From positions 15,227 through 79,226 of the forward strand of contig JAYSWN010000020.1 in NCBI GenBank assembly GCA_043718025.1: a DNA stretch of 64,000 nt. Reading direction: 5' to 3'. A program made the translations under genes and the position numbers. Below, in pieces: positions 38,884-48,314 of this stretch (within the stretch, counting starts at the first letter, position 1; each line of letters starts with the position of its first letter). Origin of the DNA: Pseudomonadota bacterium. Lineage in GTDB: Bacteria > Bdellovibrionota > FAC87 > UBA2466. The notes beneath the pieces were generated by a model. The model was not told the origin of the DNA. It worked only from the letters and a program-made list of their open reading frames with translations, and did not search any database.

Positions 38884-40692
38884 ATGGAAACCAGGAATCA
38901 CAAGTGGCGATCGGCTCTCTGCGCGGCGGTCGATAACGTCTGGCCGCTTTTCTTGCCCCAACTTTTCCTTTACCTACTGGCCTGCCTGGCACCCTTGCCG
39001 ATCTCCTGGCTAAAACATGCCTTTGGCACGCTGAACGTCGCGTTGGTAGCGATCGCCGGAATCAGAGTTTACCTCTACCAAATTGAGCACGGCGCGAAAA
39101 AAACTGCCGTCGTACTGGCTTGGCTAATGGGGGGACTCCTGTTTTTTAGCTGGTGCGGAGCGTACCTCGAGTACCCAGCAGACCCCTGGGAGCATTTGAA
39201 ACGAATGTCTTCGTTTCACGACCTGACCTTTGTTTCCCAGAGCTACATTAGATTTAAATTCGCCTACTTTTGGGGCTGGGTCCTAGCGCCGTGGCAATCC
39301 CCAGGGTGGATGCGCGGCTTCCTCGATATTTACGGCGGTTTTTGGCAACTGGCGGTCACGTGCCAGTTTTACAGACTTAGCCGGGCCCTAGGCGCCCGCC
39401 CCCACGAAGCCTTGATTCATACCGTGGGCTGGATCTGTTTTTTTGGCACGAGCCTTTTCGGATTTCGCTACTATGCCCTGGCGTCAACTCCGCTCGCCTT
39501 TGTGGCCTACTTTAGTCTGTTGAAATACTTAATTTCCGGTGACAAGTCCGCAAACCGGCGCAACTTATTTTGGTTCGTTACCGGCGCCGCCCTGGTGATG
39601 ATCTGCAATCACGTTCAAGAGCTACTGCTCACCACGGTCTCCGCCGGCGCCCTTTTGCTTCACCGGCATCACAAAAACTTTTTTCAAAATCATCGGCGTT
39701 ATTTTAATTGGTTCGTTGGTTTGGGATTGGCCGTGGGATTAGCGGTTAGCGTATTATCGCCGCTTGTAGCGTCGCTGCTCGCCAAGGGGATTAGCGAAAA
39801 AAGCGCGCAGTGGTGGGTAGATGTCTGCCGCACTCTATCCGCCGTGGGAACCCTTCGCCTCTTCGATCGGAGAATTCAGTATTTAGAAACGATGGGAGTC
39901 CCGGGGTTATTTGCCATCGGCGTTTCTATCGCCAGATTTAAAAAATACCCTCTGATAGGATTTCTGACTCTGTTTCCCGTGGGCTTAATGCTTTACCCGC
40001 CGGTTGCTTTATTGCTCGTCAGCTCGACCAATCTTTCGAACACCTACCGAATTTTATACGCCTTTCCGTTAACCTACTCGTTGGTGCAGTGGTTCAACGA
40101 TGTGGCTCGAGCTTGGTCCGCCAAGCAGGGGGGGATCCCCCGAGGTGTCATCACCTTCGCGCTGATCCTGGTTTTAATCGGGATTGGAATGGTGAATCGA
40201 TTTCCGGTTTACGGCCGTTTTTACTTTCAAATTTTTCATCCGCCTCCGGCGCTGCAGATGGCGGGCACGGAAACTTTGGCGTTCGATTTAAAACGTAGGA
40301 TGAGTTGGCCATCGGACTGTTCGTTGGCGAGTGACGAAGCCACCGGATTTGCCATCAGCGCTTGGAACGGTTGGCGCGTTTCCCACGAGCGGCGCGAAGG
40401 CAGTTCCGTGCTCAGACCCAACTTCACCTTCGCGGAATTTAGCGGTGTAATTAAGAACCACAACATTTGCGCCGTACTGATCCCCCAGAATGCCGAAGTA
40501 TTCACCGACTCCTCCCTCGGGGAATTGTCGCGCCACTGGTCAAAAAAACATCTGCAATACGCAAGTTATGTGGATCCGTCGGCCAAAACCAATTCGGAGC
40601 GCCTGGTCGCCGAGCAGGGGTGGAAAGAAATTCTCATTCAAGAAAAATGGCGCTTATTCGTAAAGCCTACCGTTGCCTTATCCACCAACTAG
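38884..40692 (+). CDS. Multi-pass membrane protein (possibly GT-C-like)
   Basis: Numerous TM helices, EYPADPWEH acidic loop, soluble C-terminal domain. Confidence 0.55.
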   Translation: METRNHKWRSALCAAVDNVWPLFLPQLFLYLLACLAPLPISWLKHAFGTLNVALVAIAGIRVYLYQIEHGAKKTAVVLAWLMGGLLFFSWCGAYLEYPADPWEHLKRMSSFHDLTFVSQSYIRFKFAYFWGWVLAPWQSPGWMRGFLDIYGGFWQLAVTCQFYRLSRALGARPHEALIHTVGWICFFGTSLFGFRYYALASTPLAFVAYFSLLKYLISGDKSANRRNLFWFVTGAALVMICNHVQELLLTTVSAGALLLHRHHKNFFQNHRRYFNWFVGLGLAVGLAVSVLSPLVASLLAKGISEKSAQWWVDVCRTLSAVGTLRLFDRRIQYLETMGVPGLFAIGVSIARFKKYPLIGFLTLFPVGLMLYPPVALLLVSSTNLSNTYRILYAFPLTYSLVQWFNDVARAWSAKQGGIPRGVITFALILVLIGIGMVNRFPVYGRFYFQIFHPPPALQMAGTETLAFDLKRRMSWPSDCSLASDEATGFAISAWNGWRVSHERREGSSVLRPNFTFAEFSGVIKNHNICAVLIPQNAEVFTDSSLGELSRHWSKKHLQYASYVDPSAKTNSERLVAEQGWKEILIQEKWRLFVKPTVALSTN

Positions 40693-40754
40693 TTTTTGAT
40701 AAGAATTCGGCAACTTGACGGACCAGCGACGACAATGGCAGTGACTAGGGATTC

Positions 40755-42671
40755 ATGTTCGCAAAAGTAAAACGCTTAAATTATCGCCACCTCGTCCCAG
40801 ACACCCTGGTAATTTTGTTTTCGTTTTACCTAAGCCTTTTGCTTCGCGTCGGACCAGAAGGCTTCTCTCAATATCTTCAAGTGCTTAATCGCCACATTCC
40901 GCTGTTTCTTATGCTGCGCCTGGGCATTTTTACGGCATTGGGAGTTTACGACATCATTTGGCGGTATATCTCCTTAGGCGATGCGGCCAAGCTAGCCAAA
41001 GCGGTTCTGCTTTCTACCCTGATAACGATCTCCACTACTTACTTGGTCGATATCGGCCGAATTCCGCGGGCCGTATTTTTTATTGATGCGTTCTTAGGGC
41101 TCCTGCTTTTGGGGGGAGTGAGGTTTTCCCGCCGTTTTCTTTACGAGAAAAAGGGGGAAAGCCAGATGAGTAACCCCGGTGAAGCGACCATCATCATTGG
41201 CGCGGGTGTCACCGGCCGGGCTTTGGCATCGCGTTTACAAGTGGAAAATGACTCCGGCTACTTGGTGGTTGGTTTCGTCGACGACGATGCCCAGAAAGTC
41301 GGACGGTTCATCGGCGGCCACCGCGTGTTAGGCACCGTGGCCGAGCTCGATCGGATTTTGAAAGACACCGCGGTAAAGCAGGTGATTATCGGCATCGCCC
41401 ACCCATCGGGTGCCTTACTCCGCAAGATCGTAAAACAGTGCCGCGCCCATGGCGTAGCGACCCGTTTGGCCCGTTCGATAGCCAGCCATTTTGGGCAGAG
41501 CGGCACCTTGCAGGGACTGCGCGGCATCGAGTTGGCGGATCTATTAAATCGGCCCCGAAAACAAATTGAGCTTTTAGGAATTAAACAACTTATCGAAGGC
41601 CGAACCGTTTTAGTTACGGGCGCCGGCGGCACGATCGGGAGTGAGCTGGCTAGGCAAATTGCCCGAATGGACCCAGCCCGTTTACTGCTTTTGGACCACG
41701 CCGAGTACAATCTCTACGAGATCGACCGTGAACTTCGCGTGGGGGCAAACGCGAACGAGAAAATCATTCCGCTCCTCATCGACCTCAAGTCTAAGAGCTC
41801 GCTACGCAGGGTCTTTCTCGACTACGTTCCCGAGGTGGTGATTCACGCCGCGGCCTACAAACATGTTCACTTAGTTGAGGTCAATCCCTTAGCCGCTATC
41901 CTAAACAATATCGGGGGAACTAAAAACCTAATCGACCTATCACTGAAAAGAGGCGTCGAAACTTTCTTACTTATCTCTACCGATAAGGCCGTAAATCCCG
42001 TCGGTATCATGGGGGCCACCAAACGGCTGTGTGAGCTGATGATCTCCAGCGCAGGAAAAAAGGGAGGGCGACGCTACTGTTCCGTACGATTTGGAAATGT
42101 TTTGGGGTCGAGCGGCAGTTTGATTCCGCTGCTTACCGAACAAATTACCAAGGGCGAGCCCATCACTATCACTCATCCAGAAATGACCCGCTACTTTATG
42201 CTAGTCGAAGAGGCCGTGTCTCTGGTGTTAAAAGCCGTTACCGTGGCGAAGCCAGGTGATATTTTACTTTTGGACATGGGGGCGCCGGTAAAGATCGTAG
42301 ACATGGCCAAGAGTTTGTTTGCGTTAGTCGGTACCGGCGATAATGAGCCGGCCATTCTGTACACCGGCCTTCGACCGGGCGAAAAACTTTTTGAAGAACT
42401 TTATTTGTCGGGCAATGAAACGCCCACCCAATTTTCGGATATTTTGGTGGTTCCTCGCGACGGAATTTTAGCTCCTCAGGGCGCCGACCAGTTGGACGAA
42501 CAGGTGAACGCCATCTTTGATTTAGCCGAGACGGGGGATAGCGCCGCCGTAGTACTGCTTCGGGAGGTGGTAAAAAAACACTCTCTCTCGGCGGAAACTT
42601 TGAAAGCCACCGCCTTTTGCCCCGAAAGAGTCGAGACGGCTTCACCGCAACGCCCAGAAGTTTTTCACTGA
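40755..42671 (+). CDS. Nucleoside-diphosphate sugar dehydratase, CapD/WbpM/PglF family
   Basis: N-terminal TMs; GFVDDD, TGAGGTIGSEL, HAAAYKHV, STDKAVNP, RFGNVLGSSGS, GLRPGEKL. Confidence 0.95.
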   Translation: MFAKVKRLNYRHLVPDTLVILFSFYLSLLLRVGPEGFSQYLQVLNRHIPLFLMLRLGIFTALGVYDIIWRYISLGDAAKLAKAVLLSTLITISTTYLVDIGRIPRAVFFIDAFLGLLLLGGVRFSRRFLYEKKGESQMSNPGEATIIIGAGVTGRALASRLQVENDSGYLVVGFVDDDAQKVGRFIGGHRVLGTVAELDRILKDTAVKQVIIGIAHPSGALLRKIVKQCRAHGVATRLARSIASHFGQSGTLQGLRGIELADLLNRPRKQIELLGIKQLIEGRTVLVTGAGGTIGSELARQIARMDPARLLLLDHAEYNLYEIDRELRVGANANEKIIPLLIDLKSKSSLRRVFLDYVPEVVIHAAAYKHVHLVEVNPLAAILNNIGGTKNLIDLSLKRGVETFLLISTDKAVNPVGIMGATKRLCELMISSAGKKGGRRYCSVRFGNVLGSSGSLIPLLTEQITKGEPITITHPEMTRYFMLVEEAVSLVLKAVTVAKPGDILLLDMGAPVKIVDMAKSLFALVGTGDNEPAILYTGLRPGEKLFEELYLSGNETPTQFSDILVVPRDGILAPQGADQLDEQVNAIFDLAETGDSAAVVLLREVVKKHSLSAETLKATAFCPERVETASPQRPEVFH

Positions 42672-42772
42672 TCTGAGCACAAGGCTGAAACCGCGCTTAC
42701 CCATTAGACACCACTTCGCAAATCGCCTAGCCAGCCCTTGATCCAAACATCAAATTTCGTTAAACGAACGAA

Positions 42773-44089
42773 ATGGCTTTTCGCCGCGCTCTTACCCCGT
42801 TTTGCTGGCTTTTACTGTTTTGCCAGTCAGCTCAAGCAGTTAACTCCTACGCCAAACAGTTTCAGGTGACCCTAAAAGACGGAAAAGTGCTCGAAGCCTA
42901 CGTGACTAAGCCCGCCGCCCTGGTAGAGGGCGACGATTCGTCGCTATATGGCGCTCTGGCCTTTAGATGGAATCACCGCAACAACTCAAGGCTAGCCGCC
43001 AAAATGCAGAACCACGCGGCCGATTTCATCGATGCCCGGTCACGCCAGCTCGGTCACGTAAACGATTCGACCCGAAAAAATCACGAACGGGAGATTTGGC
43101 AGCTGCGTACTGGCCAATGGCCCTTAGTCGTAATCACTGAAGCGGGCCACCCCGAAAGAGTGCTCTTTACCGTGGCCATTGCCGTCTCTTGGGGACGCGA
43201 TCCGCTGCCGTATCAATACCGTTTTTTCCGTAAGGGAATCGAGGGGCTGCCGCAAACCTGGGGCGGTTACTCCGTGGGGATACAGAATTTTTTCGATGAG
43301 TCGGCAGGCTATTTCCAACCCCTGGTGCTTTTCGACAAAGGGAGTGGCTCGTTTCAGTTTCAGCCCGACCTCTCCGTAATTTTTTCGCAACTGCCGTGGG
43401 CCACGGGCCGGTCGGCCGAAATAAAGTTTTTGATGCAAGCTCCCGGCAGTAGTTTTGAACTGGCGGCAATTGCCCATACCCTAATCACCGCCTACGGTTT
43501 GCATCGTTTCGCGGTTGAATTATTGCCCCGTTGGATGCGGGCGCAGCAAGTGGACTTTATGAGGGATCCAACGATCCGCAGGCACTTTGAGAAACAAATT
43601 GAAGAGGCGCGGACGGAACGGCTAACCGCACTAGGCAACGACCCGCTGGACCGAGCAACGCAAAAACTGATCGTCGACCTTTTTTTCGACGCCCTAAAAA
43701 AGGTGCTGTGGAGCCCCGAGGGTTTTCAACGCCACTCGGCCGTTTCCAAACTCTACGCCCAGGTGAGTGAAAAAATGGACGAAACCAGGGGCAGCCTTTA
43801 CCGACTCTTTTTAGCACGCTTCAATTTTCCCGAAACTCCGCTCTACGACTTTGCCGAAACCGCCGCCATCGGTACGGACGGAGTGCAGACAAAATTTTAT
43901 GAACTAACGATGGAAAATTTTGATCTCGATATGCTCGAAGGTTTAAATCGGCAGACCAATAGTTTTGCCGAAGGGGTTCACTTTACCCCCGCTTCTGAGA
44001 CGGGCGGCAGCTGTCCAGATTTGTTAATCGAAATGATGGGTGCCACCCACGGCGAAGCATTTCGTCGGTTCAAGCTTGAGCGTCTTTAA
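42773..44089 (+). CDS. Hypothetical secreted protein
   Basis: 438 aa ORF; signal peptide ending AQA. Confidence 0.6.
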   Translation: MAFRRALTPFCWLLLFCQSAQAVNSYAKQFQVTLKDGKVLEAYVTKPAALVEGDDSSLYGALAFRWNHRNNSRLAAKMQNHAADFIDARSRQLGHVNDSTRKNHEREIWQLRTGQWPLVVITEAGHPERVLFTVAIAVSWGRDPLPYQYRFFRKGIEGLPQTWGGYSVGIQNFFDESAGYFQPLVLFDKGSGSFQFQPDLSVIFSQLPWATGRSAEIKFLMQAPGSSFELAAIAHTLITAYGLHRFAVELLPRWMRAQQVDFMRDPTIRRHFEKQIEEARTERLTALGNDPLDRATQKLIVDLFFDALKKVLWSPEGFQRHSAVSKLYAQVSEKMDETRGSLYRLFLARFNFPETPLYDFAETAAIGTDGVQTKFYELTMENFDLDMLEGLNRQTNSFAEGVHFTPASETGGSCPDLLIEMMGATHGEAFRRFKLERL

Positions 44090-44529
44090 CGGCGTGCTAG
44101 CAGCCGCCGCCGGCGAAAGTAACGAAAGCGATACAACAGCTGGCTGAAGACCCACACGAAAACATTGGCCAACCCCGCCTCAAATTCAATAACGTCATGG
44201 CAGCTGCAACTATTTCCATCGCGCGGCACGATTCGTAGCTCGTGAATCCAGCTTTTGATATTGGTACCGAACTCCTTCGATCGGTAAATATACTTTTCGT
44301 CGTCTACCGATACAAATTCAATGGTGTGTTGGCCCCAAGGGATAAAACTAAAGAGCTTAAGCCGAGACTTCAAAACCAATCCCGAGACATACCTTTTTGA
44401 ATAGGGATGGCTCAACCGCATCTGGAGCAGAGGGTGAGAAACCGCCAACAAGTCATCTGTATCACAAACAGATTGCCACACCTGAGGCGCCGGAAAAGGC
44501 ATGACATGTTTTAATCGTATCGTTGGCAT
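44086..44529 (-). CDS. SRPBCC/START-fold-like protein
   Basis: PAPQVW, W.HE..I.P, D.IEF; TAATG-coupled to the TetR gene. Confidence 0.6.
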   Translation of the reverse strand: MPTIRLKHVMPFPAPQVWQSVCDTDDLLAVSHPLLQMRLSHPYSKRYVSGLVLKSRLKLFSFIPWGQHTIEFVSVDDEKYIYRSKEFGTNIKSWIHELRIVPRDGNSCSCHDVIEFEAGLANVFVWVFSQLLYRFRYFRRRRLLARR

Positions 44530-45182
44530 TAGGGGCTGGCGCTCAGCCAGACTTCGATGACGTCGAGGGTCTCTTTTCGGCGCTCTTCGAATAAGTTTTT
44601 TGCGTTGGTGGTCATCACATCAATTAAATTGCCCGTAACCAGCCCCTGAATCGCTTTGGCCAAAACCCGGATCGCTTTTTTACTACGCGCCGGCCCCCGC
44701 TCGAGAATGGTGCTAATTCTCGCCGTACCCGCGTCGCGAATCTCGGTATTCAACGCACGGTACTGCGGGTGCAGGCAGGCTTGATAATAGAGCAAAGTAT
44801 AGACGTTGGCGTGTTGTGGAAACCGCTGAATCCAGTCGAAGTTGCCCTCAACGTAATGGCGAATGGCCAATTTCCAGGGTTCGTCCTTAACCACGTGCGA
44901 ATCAATGATATGGGCCGCACTGAACGCCGCAAAGCGAATGGCCGCGGCAACCAGCTCATCTCGGCTGGTGAAATAGTAAACCACGTGGGATCGGGCCATC
45001 TTGGCCGCTTTACCCACCGTTTCGAAGGTGAGGCTGTCGACCCCGTCGGTAGCCAAGAGGCGCACCACGGCCTGAAGGATTAGCGCTCGCCGCTGGTCGC
45101 TCTTGGATGGACTGCTGGCCAGCGCCTGTTGGTACAAAAAATCTGTTTTGGCGTCTTTTTTCACAATCTGACTAAAGTCCAC
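44529..45182 (-). CDS. TetR/AcrR transcriptional regulator
   Basis: ILQAVVRLLATDG...TFETVGKAAKMARSHVVYYFTSRDEL HTH. Confidence 0.9.
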   Translation of the reverse strand: MDFSQIVKKDAKTDFLYQQALASSPSKSDQRRALILQAVVRLLATDGVDSLTFETVGKAAKMARSHVVYYFTSRDELVAAAIRFAAFSAAHIIDSHVVKDEPWKLAIRHYVEGNFDWIQRFPQHANVYTLLYYQACLHPQYRALNTEIRDAGTARISTILERGPARSKKAIRVLAKAIQGLVTGNLIDVMTTNAKNLFEERRKETLDVIEVWLSASP

Positions 45183-45322
45183 GGGTTGTATCTCATCGGC
45201 GAAACAAGATCAAACTGTGCGCCCAAGAATCCATTTGACACAAAGCGTTGTCCCGGTATTGAACAAATCATAAATCTTTTAGTCTTTTTGTTAAAAACAA
45301 TATTCGTCGATAGGAGACGGGA

Positions 45323-47410
45323 TTGATCGTTTCGGCAAACTCACGCGGCCCCACGCTAATCCAGCTTTTTATAGTTGGGCTCGTCGCATTAGTCGTGCCG
45401 CAAACCAGCCGCGGCGAGATCCCCGCGAAGAATCATTTCGAAGATCCGACCACCTGCCTACGCTGCCACACCACCCAGCATGCAGAGTGGAAGGGCTCGA
45501 TGATGCACTATTCGGCCGAAAGCCCCGTGTTTCAGGCCTTCGAGCTCACCACACGCAAACTCACCGGGCGATTTGGCGCGCACGACGCGCAGAACCCCAC
45601 TTTTTGTCTAAACTGTCATTCGCCGACCGCCGCCTACCAAAACGAAATGCTGGCGTTGAAAAAAAGTCAGCCCACCGTAGAAGTGATGAGCCCGCTGTCG
45701 AAACAGGGCATCCACTGCACCATGTGCCATTCGGTGCGGGAGCCGGACCTCACCGATAACCAGAACAAAGGGCTTCTCGGCGATGGCATCGCCAACGCCT
45801 CGTTTATTTTTTTTCCCTTCACGCAGTGGGTGGGGCCGACCACCACCGATCCGCTGCCAGAAGCAAACGACTACCACGCGGATGGATTCTGGCCAGAAAA
45901 GGCGAGTTCTGATTACCTCACCTCTTCAAAGTTCTGCGGCTCTTGCCACAACGTGCACGTGCCCAACACCCCCGACACGGTAACCAAAAAGGGCTTTCAA
46001 AAAATTGAAAACCTCTACACCGAATGGTTTGAGGGGCCGTACAATTCCAACCACAATCCGCACGGCAAACCGGTGTCGTGTACCGACTGCCACATGTCCT
46101 TGTACGGCGCCGTGGACCCAAAAACTGGCAAGCGGCAACCGCCCGGAACGTTTCCCACGCACCGAGTGGCGACCGGTTTTAATCGCGAAAGAAAGCACGC
46201 CCTGCATTCGTTCACCGCCGTTTCGGTTCCCCTCATCGGCGATGAGGCCAAATTTCCAAACCAGTTTTCAAAAGAGTTAGACCAATTTGGTTTTCCGGTA
46301 GGTCAGGAGCAACGCCGCCAACAGATGCTTGGGGTGGCTTGCGAAATAGAGATTTCGAAACTACCCGCTTTGCTTGAACCCACCTCAACCGAAATTCCAC
46401 TAGAAGTCATCGTTACCAATACCGGTACGGGCCACCGGGTGCCCTCTGGCTTTTCGCAAGAGCGCGAAGTGTGGCTCGAAGTTGTGGTTACCGACTCGAA
46501 CAAAAAAACCGTCTACGAATCAGGCAGGCTGCACGATAGCCCCCATCCCGAAACTGGAGAAACCACGGTAGATGGACGTACGTTTGACGAAGACCTAAAA
46601 GATGTACCGCTAAAAATCGACCCAACTACTCTCGAAGTGGCCCACTCTGAAATGGGGCCCGATTTTAATCTTAGGCCGTTTCGAAACTTGGGACTGCCCA
46701 CCTTCAATAACGCCTTTCTGCGCAAGAAGACCGAAACGAGTTACGAACGCGTCCATTTTTTTACTTTGGCCAATCACATCGACAATCAACGTTCGCTGCC
46801 GATGCTAACGCCGGTCACCGTGCGCTACGACATTCCCCTGAGCGAGTGGAGTAAAAAGAATCCTCAATACTGCGGCAACCTTAACGTAAACGTAAAACTC
46901 AACTACCGAACGCTGCCCCCAAAATTGTTGCGGGCCCTCATTCAGCGCGAGCCGGCGCTGCTGTCCGAAAGCCTAATCGATCGCAATCCGCTGGTGGTCA
47001 TGACCCAACGGTCGCAATTCACCCGCGTCTGCGGGTTGATGCCGCAGCCACAAGGCCCATCCGAAATCGCCGGTTCGTTTACTTTTTATTCGCAAAAACA
47101 TCGGTGGCTCAGTTTTCCTACTGCCACATCGTTTGATTCGGCAACGGCCGCGTGCAAGCAACTGAAGTGTGCCCTACCCACGTTGAGCCAATACGACTCA
47201 CTGGGCTTAGCCAATTATGTGCCAAAACCGGGCGACAACCACGACGAACTTTGGACCGAGCGCTGGGCGGCCGATGCCAACGCCAGTAGCCCCGATAAGG
47301 CCACGACCTATTTTTTCACGGGAGCAAACCATCGCCTGGGATCGGCTCCGATCTCGGGAAGTGGCGCGGTAAAACTGCCGCACTTTTGTTTTTGTGAGGA
47401 AAAGCGCTGA
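45323..47410 (+). CDS. Exported penta-haem cytochrome c (c554/c552-like) with C-terminal lectin-like domain
   Basis: Five CxxCH (CLRCH, CLNCH, CTMCH, CGSCH, CTDCH); GH.VPSG..REVWL; signal peptide; SD AGGAG. Confidence 0.85.
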   Translation: MIVSANSRGPTLIQLFIVGLVALVVPQTSRGEIPAKNHFEDPTTCLRCHTTQHAEWKGSMMHYSAESPVFQAFELTTRKLTGRFGAHDAQNPTFCLNCHSPTAAYQNEMLALKKSQPTVEVMSPLSKQGIHCTMCHSVREPDLTDNQNKGLLGDGIANASFIFFPFTQWVGPTTTDPLPEANDYHADGFWPEKASSDYLTSSKFCGSCHNVHVPNTPDTVTKKGFQKIENLYTEWFEGPYNSNHNPHGKPVSCTDCHMSLYGAVDPKTGKRQPPGTFPTHRVATGFNRERKHALHSFTAVSVPLIGDEAKFPNQFSKELDQFGFPVGQEQRRQQMLGVACEIEISKLPALLEPTSTEIPLEVIVTNTGTGHRVPSGFSQEREVWLEVVVTDSNKKTVYESGRLHDSPHPETGETTVDGRTFDEDLKDVPLKIDPTTLEVAHSEMGPDFNLRPFRNLGLPTFNNAFLRKKTETSYERVHFFTLANHIDNQRSLPMLTPVTVRYDIPLSEWSKKNPQYCGNLNVNVKLNYRTLPPKLLRALIQREPALLSESLIDRNPLVVMTQRSQFTRVCGLMPQPQGPSEIAGSFTFYSQKHRWLSFPTATSFDSATAACKQLKCALPTLSQYDSLGLANYVPKPGDNHDELWTERWAADANASSPDKATTYFFTGANHRLGSAPISGSGAVKLPHFCFCEEKR

Positions 47411-47463
47411 GGAGAAGGTCTTCTTAAAGCGCCTGAGTAAAGAGAGAGAAAGAGAGTAAAAAG

Positions 47464-47754
47464 ATGAAACGTTACCTATTCGCCCTGTTGATGGTTACGG
47501 CACTAAACGGTGTCGCCAACGCTGACGAAGACACCCCCGGTCAGTGGGTCTGTTTTGCCCATGACTATATCGATGGTCACTCTAAGAGTGACCCGGAAAC
47601 TGATGACTGCATCCAGTCTTATCACAAGGGCCAAGGCATCTGCCTTAGCCACGCCAAAAGTGCGGCGACTGAGCGTTGCCTGTCTTATTCGAAAAACAAA
47701 GCAACCTGCAAAATCAACACAAGGCTGAACTGCTTTACCGCTAACCAAAAATAG
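47464..47754 (+). CDS. Small secreted six-Cys protein (module X)
   Basis: Signal peptide ending ANA; paralogous to the C-terminus of 47811. Confidence 0.8.
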   Translation: MKRYLFALLMVTALNGVANADEDTPGQWVCFAHDYIDGHSKSDPETDDCIQSYHKGQGICLSHAKSAATERCLSYSKNKATCKINTRLNCFTANQK

Positions 47755-47765
47755 ATCACCAAACG

Positions 47766-47807
47766 GGGAGGAGATTCCCAAGTCTCCTCCCTCTTTAACC
47801 AAGAGGG
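47766..47807 (+). promoter_or_regulatory. Overlapping intercistronic hairpins, the second masking the SD
   Basis: GGGAGGAGA/TCTCCTCCC stem and CCCTCTT/AAGAGGG stem share 47789-47791. Confidence 0.4.
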
Positions 47808-47810
47808 ACC

Positions 47811-48302
47811 ATGAAACTACTAATCACACTATTTACCTTAGCTTTTAGCCTTTGCGTAACCACTTACGGCGACGACTTGCCGGAAGGGCATTGGCTAAGC
47901 CAGAAGCTGGATAAGACCAATCAGGTGCTCATCACCTATGAAAACTGGTTCGAACAAAACGAATCAGGCGAACGTGTTTTTCACACCAAGGTTGTGAAAA
48001 AAAGCCCTTATACTGAGGCCAACCCAACCGCCCCCGCACTTGCGCCCAAGCCTTTGGCGCCGGCGTCGACGGGAAAGTGGTACTGCTTTGCGCACGATTT
48101 TATAAATGGCCACACCAACGCCGATCCTAAAGACGATTCGTGCGTAGGCGCTCACTTTAAGGGCGCCGGTGCTTGCCGCGAAGACGCCATTGAGCGCGCC
48201 CTGGCGCAGTGTCACGCCCGGTCTTCTAACCACTCGACTTGCGAGATAAACCCTAAGGTAAACTGCTTTTCCGAAAAAAGTTTACCCCAAACCAATAATT
48301 GA
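47811..48302 (+). CDS. Secreted two-module protein (module Y + six-Cys module X)
   Basis: Signal peptide; LPEGHW module; Pro/Ala linker; WYCFAHD module. Confidence 0.8.
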   Translation: MKLLITLFTLAFSLCVTTYGDDLPEGHWLSQKLDKTNQVLITYENWFEQNESGERVFHTKVVKKSPYTEANPTAPALAPKPLAPASTGKWYCFAHDFINGHTNADPKDDSCVGAHFKGAGACREDAIERALAQCHARSSNHSTCEINPKVNCFSEKSLPQTNN

Positions 48303-48314
48303 AACGGAAACACT

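Noticed and set aside
47040..47410. Diversity-generating retroelement target (CLec-like C-terminus)
   Set aside because: No reverse transcriptase and no adenine-variant template repeat seen in the window.
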